DNA from: a virus
IMG/VR virus record: IMGVR_UViG_3300027708_000023
Direction: 5' to 3' (one strand)
DNA length: 64,000 bases
Shown: positions 56,798 through 64,000 of the stretch, in pieces
How positions within the stretch are numbered: the first letter of the stretch is position 1
Layout of the letters: every line of letters begins with the position of its first letter
The notes under the pieces: model-generated
Told to the model about the DNA's origin: nothing
What the model saw: only the letters and a program-made list of their open reading frames with translations
Database searches by the model: none
Position numbers and translations under genes: made by a program

Positions 56798-57484
56798 CTA
56801 CAGAATATCCACATAATTTATTTTAATGTGACCATCTTTAATTGATATATATGAACAAGGATGATCTGTCCAACATCCGCTATTATAGTAGTTTGTTGAT
56901 CCAGAAACATCTGTAGTAGCCAGATGAGTATGTCCACAAATTATTGAGTCGCATTTCTTAATAAGACAATAAGATTTAGCCCTATCACAAACTTCTTGAG
57001 AACATCTTAAAAAGGTTTTACTACTACGTTTAGCAAGATTGGAGAAGTATAGTCCAGCATAAATCTGTAGCCATCGGTAAACATAGTCAGCTACTTTAGT
57101 TAGTCTAGGATATCTGGAGATAACATTGTCAAAAATATCCCCATGCAAAATTAGTATTTTTTCATCTCCACTAATAAAACTATATTCATTCATAAAATCG
57201 ACCCCAATCAAATGACTCACCATATCAGCAGGCCCATCATGATTGCCACTAATCCAGATAACTTTAATAGTGTCAGAGATTTTACGGATTTGAGATAATA
57301 TTTTCCAGTGGTCTTTTTTAAGTTTACGAAAATCCCAGCTATCAAATAAATCACCATTAATAATTAGAGTGTCAGTATCAGTCTCTCCAAGTTCAATCCT
57401 AGATAAGAAAGATGCCAAAGTTTTAGCTTGACAAACATTACTCCCTAAATGAATATCGCTAATAACTATAGCATCAAAAGTCAT
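56798..57484 (-). CDS. LpxH-like metallophosphoesterase (UDP-2,3-diacylglucosamine hydrolase family)
   Basis: ISDIHLG, GDLFD, GNHD, HGD.FD, GHTH, NSGCW. Confidence 0.8.
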   Translation of the reverse strand: MTFDAIVISDIHLGSNVCQAKTLASFLSRIELGETDTDTLIINGDLFDSWDFRKLKKDHWKILSQIRKISDTIKVIWISGNHDGPADMVSHLIGVDFMNEYSFISGDEKILILHGDIFDNVISRYPRLTKVADYVYRWLQIYAGLYFSNLAKRSSKTFLRCSQEVCDRAKSYCLIKKCDSIICGHTHLATTDVSGSTNYYNSGCWTDHPCSYISIKDGHIKINYVDIL

Positions 57485-57888
57485 ATCACATAGCCCTGTT
57501 TAGTTGCTTCATTATCACAAAGAGTTCTAACCCACGCATGAATAGGATACCCATTTTCATCAAGTTTTTTATATCGAACCTTTCCTTTTTCTCCGGTAAC
57601 TTCACAAGTTATATAGCTCATGCTTTCAGCCATCTCTATTGCTCCGCGAATAAACTCATCTGCACCATAACAGTAAGCTCTTAAACCTCCAAATTTTTCT
57701 TTAATTTGACTCCAATAAAAGAATTCTAGTGGCTCGTTAAGTCTTCGTTTATAGTCAATACGATTATTTACAATATAACAAAGCCTAGACAGAATCTCGT
57801 ACCAACCGTCATCACACTCTAAATATTTGAGATTTTTAAACTGTTCTGAGTATTGTTCAATTAGTTTATTGGATAGTTCAGGACTCAT
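57481..57888 (-). CDS. Conserved phage hypothetical protein
   Basis: ECDDGW, QIKEKFGGLR, CEVTG, WVRTLC. Confidence 0.75.
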   Translation of the reverse strand: MSPELSNKLIEQYSEQFKNLKYLECDDGWYEILSRLCYIVNNRIDYKRRLNEPLEFFYWSQIKEKFGGLRAYCYGADEFIRGAIEMAESMSYITCEVTGEKGKVRYKKLDENGYPIHAWVRTLCDNEATKQGYVI

Positions 57889-58150
57889 TGTAGTTTACCT
57901 TGTGTATAATTCGTGTTCCAAGATGAGCATTGCTAAGTTCTGCACCGTCTTTCATGGACTCGTTGCAAATTCTTTCAAATTCTTTGCGGCCAATCTTTCG
58001 ACCGTCAATAATATTTTCGTCCAGATACTTTTGGGTTAGAGCTTCTGGATGGTCAATAAGTACGGTATCATAAGCGTGTTCAAGATTTTTGGCCTCAATA
58101 ACATACTTATGACGAAACAAAGAAACTGTACTAACTTCAAAAAGTGGCAT
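57878..58150 (-). CDS. Hypothetical protein
   Basis: AAGGAG RBS. Confidence 0.65.
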   Translation of the reverse strand: MPLFEVSTVSLFRHKYVIEAKNLEHAYDTVLIDHPEALTQKYLDENIIDGRKIGRKEFERICNESMKDGAELSNAHLGTRIIHKVNYNES

Positions 58151-58160
58151 AATAATCTCC

Positions 58161-58382
58161 TTAGTCTATGTTGATATTATATTCAGTAACTAATCTGTGA
58201 AATTCTGATCTAATCTTATCAAGAGCATCACCAGCATCGGTAAAATCATTGCTATATTTCTGCCAAGATCGTAATTGTTGAGAAAAATCCCACAACATTC
58301 TTTTAGCATCACTAGCTTGGATAGCAGTATCAAATTCGTATTGTTCTTCTGGTAGTTTAAATTTTAAAGTTGCTATTGGCAT
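58161..58382 (-). CDS. Hypothetical phage protein
   Basis: ATLKFKLPEEQYEF motif. Confidence 0.65.
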   Translation of the reverse strand: MPIATLKFKLPEEQYEFDTAIQASDAKRMLWDFSQQLRSWQKYSNDFTDAGDALDKIRSEFHRLVTEYNINID

Positions 58383-58385
58383 ATA

Positions 58386-58640
58386 TCACCACATCTTTTT
58401 AGTTCTGTTAGCATCTGTTTTCTTATCCGAATCTAGAATAATAGTTAAAACATCATTTCTAAAAGTTGTCATATAGCTTTGAGAAATTTTTCTCTTCAGC
58501 AAACCATCTTCTTCGATTTGAGTATAAACATTAATTCGATAGTAGTCATGGAATACATTAATAACTTTTGTCATCAAATGATTCTTTGGCTTACTAACTT
58601 GTTTAAAAAGCAAACCTTCAATTTCATAATCACTAATCAT
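58386..58640 (-). CDS. Hypothetical protein
   Basis: NVFHDYYRINVY motif; coupled ORF. Confidence 0.65.
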   Translation of the reverse strand: MISDYEIEGLLFKQVSKPKNHLMTKVINVFHDYYRINVYTQIEEDGLLKRKISQSYMTTFRNDVLTIILDSDKKTDANRTKKMW

Positions 58641-58855
58641 CTAGCTCTCCTATTTGCTCTGTCTAAAATCCTAATAGTTTCTTTTGCATTGCTGGGAACC
58701 ATAACCAGACTTGGTGCGGTCTTATGTCCCCAATCCATAAACCCCACAGCTTTTTTTTCTGCTGAACATTCCTTACAAAGTATATTTCTATTTGTTTCAA
58801 CAAGAAATTCGTATCTCTCAACACCAACGCAATTTTTGCAATAAATACAGTTCAT
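58637..58855 (-). CDS. TraR/DksA-like C4 zinc-finger protein
   Basis: CIYC...ER...LCKEC. Confidence 0.6.
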   Translation of the reverse strand: MNCIYCKNCVGVERYEFLVETNRNILCKECSAEKKAVGFMDWGHKTAPSLVMVPSNAKETIRILDRANRRAR

Positions 58856-58889
58856 CGTGTCTCCAAAGAATAGGCTGGCAACGCTCTCT

Positions 58890-58931
58890 TTTATACCATG
58901 CTTATCGGCATTGTCAAGCGTTCAATCTTAA
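58890..58931 (-). promoter_or_regulatory. Dual promoter: TTGACA-N16-TATAAA plus TAAG-N17-GCCGATAA
   Basis: Read directly; overlaps the 3' end of the deaminase ORF. Confidence 0.65.
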
Positions 58932-59346
58932 TGGTTTTGGTGGGACAAACAAAGTTTCCATTATCGTCGCTATAATAAACTTCATTAAGTCCAACAGCAC
59001 TTAATAATTTGGAACAATTAACACAAGGCTTGCTTCCAAGAATTAATCCCTGTCTGTTAATTCGTAAGACACATATGCTCCAATTAGGATCAATGGAATT
59101 ATAGCGATCAAGTAATTTAGAAATAAGATGAGATTCACTATGAACATAAGGATACTCCAAGTATTTGGGAATATTAAATCTTTTGCCTATTCTGAAAGCT
59201 TTTGTACTCATCTTAATAGGATTATTCTGAGCAAACTCAATCATTCTTGTTCCATCAAAAGCTGAACAGTAATGATAGCAACGAACTAAGGAATTGGGAT
59301 TCCAGTTTTCGTATGCTTTCTTGATGGTTTTATGAATTATCTTCAC
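58891..59346 (-). CDS. Cytidine/deoxycytidylate deaminase-fold protein
   Basis: HSE (HxE) and SKPCVNC (PCxxC). Confidence 0.75.
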   Translation of the reverse strand: MKIIHKTIKKAYENWNPNSLVRCYHYCSAFDGTRMIEFAQNNPIKMSTKAFRIGKRFNIPKYLEYPYVHSESHLISKLLDRYNSIDPNWSICVLRINRQGLILGSKPCVNCSKLLSAVGLNEVYYSDDNGNFVCPTKTIKIERLTMPISMV

Positions 59347-59524
59347 GATTAATTTTATCCAATGTTTTATTTATCTCATCCAAATCAGATTCAACATACA
59401 TATCATCATTATCTTGACCAGAAATATTCCATTCGGGCTTGTCTGATGGTAGTAGTCTATATCTAGGTGGTTCTTTGGGTGTTGGTGTTTCTGGACTAAG
59501 TTTAATTCTTTGTGGTTCTTTCAT
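59330..59524 (-). CDS. Small hypothetical protein
   Basis: AGGAG RBS. Confidence 0.55.
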   Translation of the reverse strand: MKEPQRIKLSPETPTPKEPPRYRLLPSDKPEWNISGQDNDDMYVESDLDEINKTLDKINREDNS

Positions 59525-59533
59525 AAAAGTCTC

Positions 59534-59683
59534 CTACTTAGAAGCTAACATATACAATCCAACATTAGCTGCCGCATAACCAAGATACGCAATAAACATA
59601 CCATAGTTATTATGTAGATAACCTTGTTCTATGGCTATATAAAGATATATTATGCCTGTAATGAGAATAAGGTTAGCTGACAT
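59534..59683 (-). CDS. Small two-TM protein (not in ORF track)
   Basis: MSANLILITGIIYLYIAIEQ...YAAANVGLYMLASK. Confidence 0.6.
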   Translation of the reverse strand: MSANLILITGIIYLYIAIEQGYLHNNYGMFIAYLGYAAANVGLYMLASK

Positions 59684-59684
59684 T

Positions 59685-59831
59685 TTAGTTCTTTTCTATG
59701 GGAATATAGCGACTACCATCTGGAGCAATTTGTTCCTGACCAATAGTAATCTTCTTATCTTCCTTTAGCAAGTTAATGATTGCTTGAGTATTAACATTAG
59801 GACTAATTAAAATTGCACCAATCTGAGCCAT
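59685..59831 (-). CDS. Small hypothetical protein (not in ORF track)
   Basis: MAQIGAILISPNVNTQ...; fills the gap exactly. Confidence 0.55.
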   Translation of the reverse strand: MAQIGAILISPNVNTQAIINLLKEDKKITIGQEQIAPDGSRYIPIEKN

Positions 59832-59841
59832 AATTATTTCC

Positions 59842-60753
59842 TTATTTAGATAGTGTAGTTAAATTTTCATTATATTCTGCAATAGCGAGGTCTTTGCCTT
59901 TGACCTCAAAATCAATATCAAATTCTAGACCATAAGTATCAAAGGGTTGAGTAGGAACATCGCAATGCGCCCGTGGATTATTACCGGGGCGACTCTCACT
60001 ATAATGAAATAATGGAGTGGTTTGCCAAGTATCCCAACACATATTAATTGCTTCACGTTCTGTAAGACCATTTGGATGACATTTATGATGCAGATAATCG
60101 AAGCATATTGGAATACGAGTTATCGGATGGAAAATATCTACTAGTTCTTTTACACTCCAGCAGTTAAGTTTGTCATCGTTTTCGATTGTGATGCGGGCTT
60201 GACAATTATTGTCCAGTTTCTTGAAGTTGTTGTAGAATCTATGAGCAATTTCTTCTCTGGTTCCATTATTATTATGAACATGAAAATTCATTGGCGATCT
60301 ACGATCTGCTGGAAGTCCAATTCTGTCAAAGAAACTGCTGTAGAAGTTAAGTTCTGTAATGGTTTTTTCGACAACTTTTTCACTGAGGCTTGATAAACTA
60401 TTAAATTCACTAGGATGAGCAGAAACCCGTACATTAGTAGAGGTAATAGTTTCCGAAAGATTATCAAACTCGTCTTGTATTTCGTCATAGTTAGGCAAAT
60501 CCCCAAGATCCACATTAGCCTCATCATAAGTAATAAGAGGAAAAATGTCGCTACTAACACGATAAACATAATTATTTTCTGCACAAAATTGGATAGTCTT
60601 GTTAGTCACCATCAGATTATTTTGGATTCGTGATCCAAGAATTTCTAGTGCCTCTTCTCGCGGCAAAGAATTGAAACGCTTAAAAGTCATGGTCTGATGA
60701 CCGAAACCTTGTTCTTTAAGTTTGAGCGAAATGCAACACAGTCCGATACGCAT
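59842..60753 (-). CDS. uvsE: UV damage endonuclease UvsE/UVDE
   Basis: RIGLCC, YRVSSDIFP, RVSAHP, IENDDK, FDYLHH, FHYSE, RAH.D, EVKGKD. Confidence 0.92.
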   Translation of the reverse strand: MRIGLCCISLKLKEQGFGHQTMTFKRFNSLPREEALEILGSRIQNNLMVTNKTIQFCAENNYVYRVSSDIFPLITYDEANVDLGDLPNYDEIQDEFDNLSETITSTNVRVSAHPSEFNSLSSLSEKVVEKTITELNFYSSFFDRIGLPADRRSPMNFHVHNNNGTREEIAHRFYNNFKKLDNNCQARITIENDDKLNCWSVKELVDIFHPITRIPICFDYLHHKCHPNGLTEREAINMCWDTWQTTPLFHYSESRPGNNPRAHCDVPTQPFDTYGLEFDIDFEVKGKDLAIAEYNENLTTLSK

Positions 60754-60771
60754 AAATTCTCCTTTGATTCG

Positions 60772-60810
60772 ATTATACTCTAGTATCGGCAGTTGTCAAC
60801 TGCTTCTTGA
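60772..60810 (-). promoter_or_regulatory. Dual promoter: TTGACA-N16-TATAAT plus TCAA-N16-GCCGATA
   Basis: Directly upstream of uvsE. Confidence 0.75.
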
Positions 60811-60813
60811 GAA

Positions 60814-61455
60814 TTATTTGTATTCAGCCAGCAATGCTTGTCGAATAGGATCAGTTAAATTATACTTGTCTAAATAAAAAGACAGATCATTATTAAAGGT
60901 ATTAGGCATATGCTCTAATAGTTCTTGTGAATATATTGGGGTTTTGGGTCTCATTCTTAATTCTCTATTAATATGATAGCTCCACAAATAAGCATTAGCA
61001 GCACGAATGTATTTATCTGTATCAAAATCTTCAATAGGACAATTCTTAACTAATTTAAGAACTCTTCTTTCGCAATCGTGTTCTATCTCTAAAATATCAT
61101 GTAAGCTTTGATCTAATTGTTCTGGAGTAATCTTGCAGTCTTTGAGAAATGGACTATAAACTAATGAAGGATAACTAATCCAATCAAAAAGAATATCATA
61201 TGTTAACATACTTCTATTCCATAGTTTACGATCATCTCTCCATTGTAAGAAATGACAATATTCATGAAGAATAATCTCAAAACTCATGTGGTGTTTCATG
61301 GCAATAGCAAATTCTTTACCATCTTCATCAATAGAACACCATCCCCCACAAGCATCTGGCAATTGTTCTTTATCATATAACAGCACAGAGAATTCATAAT
61401 CTAGTAATTCTCTAACTATCTTGATTGTAAGATTAGATTTGGTTTCCATATTCAA
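60814..61455 (-). CDS. HExxH zinc metallopeptidase-like protein
   Basis: LHEYCHFLQ plus downstream EHDCE. Confidence 0.65.
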   Translation of the reverse strand: MNMETKSNLTIKIVRELLDYEFSVLLYDKEQLPDACGGWCSIDEDGKEFAIAMKHHMSFEIILHEYCHFLQWRDDRKLWNRSMLTYDILFDWISYPSLVYSPFLKDCKITPEQLDQSLHDILEIEHDCERRVLKLVKNCPIEDFDTDKYIRAANAYLWSYHINRELRMRPKTPIYSQELLEHMPNTFNNDLSFYLDKYNLTDPIRQALLAEYK

Positions 61456-61627
61456 ATTGCTCTACAGAGTGTATTTTAACTACCTGAAACTTAATACGAT
61501 GCTGATCTTTAAATTGAAAAATAGCATCCTCTTCTGATGCTGCATCCATAACTTGATTAATTAAAAGATGCTGTTTAGAATGATCATGTAAGTCATAAAC
61601 TTGTGCTGTTATGTTATACATTTTCAT
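61433..61627 (-). CDS. Small hypothetical protein
   Basis: Packed ORF. Confidence 0.6.
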   Translation of the reverse strand: MKMYNITAQVYDLHDHSKQHLLINQVMDAASEEDAIFQFKDQHRIKFQVVKIHSVEQFEYGNQI

Positions 61628-62261
61628 TCTTCCATCCTAGTGCTTCTGATACTGTGGGAAATTGTTGTGAAAAAATTTCTTTGATTTCTTCTGCAATAAG
61701 CCTGTGTTCTTTTTGAGTACCATTAGAAGATCGTAATTCTATATAGTGAATCCAACTGCGAACAGAACCGCTCATATAAAGTCTGGTAGGAGTTGCTAAG
61801 GGTAATACAAATCTAGCACATTCTTTAGCAATACCATCTGCTATCATACCATCATAGATAGACTTAGCTTTTGCAAAATGTTCACGAATTTTTACATTCC
61901 ATTTTACTTTAGTCTCATCTGATATGTCGTCAATACTATTTTGTCTATTTTTATTATCTTGTCTTCGTAATTCAAATATTGGAATATCTTCAGCTAGTAA
62001 TGTAGCATCAGCATATCTCTGCGAGAACTCTTGAAAAGTAAACGATCTGTGTCTAAGAATTTGAGCAGCTAATCCTCTAGTGGTGTTTATCTCAACAGTG
62101 AAAAAAGCTTGTTCAAATATACTCCAGTGCTGATGCTTAATACAATATGCTAACAGCTTTGCATAATTGTCGTTATCTTGATTACTTGGATTACTTACTC
62201 TGGCACAATATGCCATTAGTTTTTCTGCGTCAGGAGTGACGCTAATTAGTTTTACATTCAT
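61614..62261 (-). CDS. thyX: Flavin-dependent thymidylate synthase
   Basis: [42 protein letters not shown]. Confidence 0.95.
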   Translation of the reverse strand: MNVKLISVTPDAEKLMAYCARVSNPSNQDNDNYAKLLAYCIKHQHWSIFEQAFFTVEINTTRGLAAQILRHRSFTFQEFSQRYADATLLAEDIPIFELRRQDNKNRQNSIDDISDETKVKWNVKIREHFAKAKSIYDGMIADGIAKECARFVLPLATPTRLYMSGSVRSWIHYIELRSSNGTQKEHRLIAEEIKEIFSQQFPTVSEALGWKNENV

Positions 62262-62497
62262 ATTTGATCCTCTGTATATGATATTTCAAATTCTTCTAAT
62301 GGACAAAGTTCTTCATCCCAAAAACCATTTTTTATTCCTCTGCCAAGTATATGACCAGCTTTAATCCATATGTTTTTATAATCCTCTATAGACATTCTTT
62401 TTAGAATCCTACCCCAATCACATATTGTGGCATCAAAAACTTCTGTGCCATTATCAAACCATTCATTTGATTTAGATATAAATTTAACGTATTTCAT
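62258..62497 (-). CDS. Hypothetical protein
   Basis: Coupled ORF. Confidence 0.6.
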   Translation of the reverse strand: MKYVKFISKSNEWFDNGTEVFDATICDWGRILKRMSIEDYKNIWIKAGHILGRGIKNGFWDEELCPLEEFEISYTEDQI

Positions 62498-62988
62498 CTT
62501 TTAAACTTGTCTGTTCTTGTTTCCCACCAGAAGTGACAGATATGATTATTGCCATCAAAATATATTGGACAAAAATCTGGATGAAAAATACTATTCAGAT
62601 CACAAGCTATGCAAGTAAAAAATAACTGCGATCTTGGATAACCATAATCTAAAAGCTTTTTCTCTATTTTTCTAAAGTTATTTCCACTCAAACATCCACT
62701 ATCTACAACAATTAATGAGGAGTATGGGTCTAATTGATCTGGATGAATAACTGCTTCAAATTCATCTTTGTATGGAATATTGACTGGTTCTATGTCTAGT
62801 GGTTCATCCTTATCAGATAATTTATGAGCTATTAGTTGAGCCATTAATCCAGAATACTCATAGCTTAACTGTAATATTGCTGTTTTACTAGCTAGATTAA
62901 TAAGACTATTATTACGAATCTCTTCACAGATTTTATCTATACATTTAGTTTCCCATTCTCTGTCGATATATAGATTTTTAAGAGCCAT
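62494..62988 (-). CDS. Type I phosphoribosyltransferase-fold protein
   Basis: LIVVDSGCLSGNN resembles the PRPP-binding loop; C-terminal FWWE. Confidence 0.55.
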   Translation of the reverse strand: MALKNLYIDREWETKCIDKICEEIRNNSLINLASKTAILQLSYEYSGLMAQLIAHKLSDKDEPLDIEPVNIPYKDEFEAVIHPDQLDPYSSLIVVDSGCLSGNNFRKIEKKLLDYGYPRSQLFFTCIACDLNSIFHPDFCPIYFDGNNHICHFWWETRTDKFKR

Positions 62989-63229
62989 AGTCGCTCACAG
63001 TAAATTTAACGTCATCTTTTGTTTCTTTAAACTTAGTTTGATGTTCAACCCACTTATCATCTGTCATATGATTAAAAATAGCAGTAGCTACTTTACTAAC
63101 GCTTTTTGCTACTCCACTAGCATCTGGCCCAGCATCTAACTTAGCCCAATAATAAAGACCATCTTCCTTGTCTTTAATTACTTCATAACCTTGGGTTTTG
63201 GCCCACTTTTTAATTTCAGAGATCATCAT
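62978..63229 (-). CDS. Hypothetical protein
   Basis: Coupled ORF. Confidence 0.65.
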   Translation of the reverse strand: MMISEIKKWAKTQGYEVIKDKEDGLYYWAKLDAGPDASGVAKSVSKVATAIFNHMTDDKWVEHQTKFKETKDDVKFTVSDYGS

Positions 63230-63573
63230 TTTTGCATAGCCTCTTCATGGGATAGCTTTCTTTTATGATCAAAGCCCATAGAGAATCCCTGCATATAAAC
63301 AGTCTTGAATAGGCGAGAATTTTCTCCAATAAATTGCTTATTGTCTTTAGCCCACAAAACAAAACTCTTTTCTTCATCACAAATATCAGATAAGTCTGGA
63401 TAATAAATATCATCAAACCAAAGATAGTGTTTTTGTAGCATAGTGTCTACTGCAATAAATACTGGTGGTTTTGGATCATAACTATGGTCTATGTTTGATA
63501 TAACAAGCTCGTCCATAAACACATTAACAATCTTGTCTCCAACTTTTAATCCCATAGCCAAATCAAGACGCAT
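63226..63573 (-). CDS. Hypothetical protein
   Basis: AAGGAG RBS. Confidence 0.65.
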   Translation of the reverse strand: MRLDLAMGLKVGDKIVNVFMDELVISNIDHSYDPKPPVFIAVDTMLQKHYLWFDDIYYPDLSDICDEEKSFVLWAKDNKQFIGENSRLFKTVYMQGFSMGFDHKRKLSHEEAMQK

Positions 63574-63763
63574 TGGTTATCTCCTTGCTAAAATGATCCA
63601 TATATGAATTATAAGCATCCTCTAAATTTTCAATAAGCTTAAATTTCCAAACTGGAGCATTACTCCAATCAGTATTTTCATCAATACTTTCAATCAAGCA
63701 CTGTAGGGCTTTTTCTATTCCTATTGTTTGTAGTGCTATTTTGATCTCGTCTCTACTATTCAT
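63563..63763 (-). CDS. Hypothetical protein
   Basis: Packed ORF. Confidence 0.6.
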   Translation of the reverse strand: MNSRDEIKIALQTIGIEKALQCLIESIDENTDWSNAPVWKFKLIENLEDAYNSYMDHFSKEITNAS

Positions 63764-63852
63764 CTAATAATTAATTCCTAAAAAATACCCGAAAATAAAA
63801 AAAACAACTATTACTAAAAGCAATTCGATTAACCAAGTATAATCCCAACTCA

Positions 63853-64000
63853 TCAAGCAAAACCTATTTTCTGTTTTGTTGTAGAGAGAGTGCTTTCAAG
63901 TTCATAATCGGCAAAAGATCGACAATCATAACTTCGACCATTCCACCAACCAACCTCGTAGGTAATTGAATTATTTCCTCTAATATTGACTCCAGTAACT
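63853..64000 (-). CDS. Partial hypothetical protein (5' end outside window)
   Basis: ...ITYEVGWWNGRSY...KQKIGFA-stop. Confidence 0.55.
   Translation of the reverse strand, partial: VTGVNIRGNNSITYEVGWWNGRSYDCRSFADYELESTLSTTKQKIGFA

Noticed and set aside
1-64000. Stop-codon reassignment
   Set aside because: Recognisable genes are full length under the standard code, TAA/TAG/TGA all terminate tightly packed genes, and neither tRNA is a suppressor
1-64000. Cellular (planctomycete chromosome) origin suggested by guaC, ruvB, ssrA, DUF1501, pspC
   Set aside because: rIIA/rIIB, endonuclease VII, phage-type ligase, dense small unknown ORFs, single-strand coding and absence of housekeeping operons indicate a large phage
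1-64000. Diversity-generating retroelement, intron or intein behind the duplicated segments
   Set aside because: No reverse transcriptase, no adenine-specific repeat pair noticed, and no intein motifs or interrupted conserved genes

Overview
A 64-kb segment of a large, AT-rich dsDNA tailed-phage genome. It is densely coded, almost entirely on the minus strand, uses the standard genetic code, and has no rRNA, ribosomal proteins or CRISPR array. A TAT-signal DUF1501 gene points to a Planctomycetota (PVC) host (inference). Left to right: (i) 1-13 kb, a putative late/virion and lysis region with a Thr/Pro mucin-like protein, papain-like peptidase, membrane proteins, Cys-rich fibre-like protein, ClpP, sigma factor, and DeoC- and bacterioferritin-fold proteins with apparently degenerate active sites; (ii) 13-30 kb, a glycan-modification island (ADP-heptose enzymes, several glycosyltransferases including a GT60/Gnt1-like one, a 2OG-Fe(II) oxygenase, five methyltransferases) mixed with GuaC, SET and macro domains; (iii) 30-36 kb, trypsin and subtilisin, two proteins sharing an FPFAP..GNFCxKCC leader, HNH, a volactin-like actin ATPase, and RuvB with an atypical RuvA-like partner; (iv) 36-64 kb, early/middle genes (AEP primase, rIIA/rIIB, kinase, Ogg-like glycosylase, three sulfotransferases, DNA ligase, endonuclease VII, DUF1501, UvsE, ThyX) plus tRNA-Leu(UAA), tRNA-Ile(UAU), tmRNA and two unassigned structured RNAs. 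The strongest non-coding signal is about ten early promoters in which a sigma70-type promoter overlaps an independently spaced sigma28/FliA-like motif, T(A/C)AA-N16-17-GNCGAT(A). A separate GGTGTA motif precedes putative late genes. All family calls come from motif recognition by eye; no database search was run.
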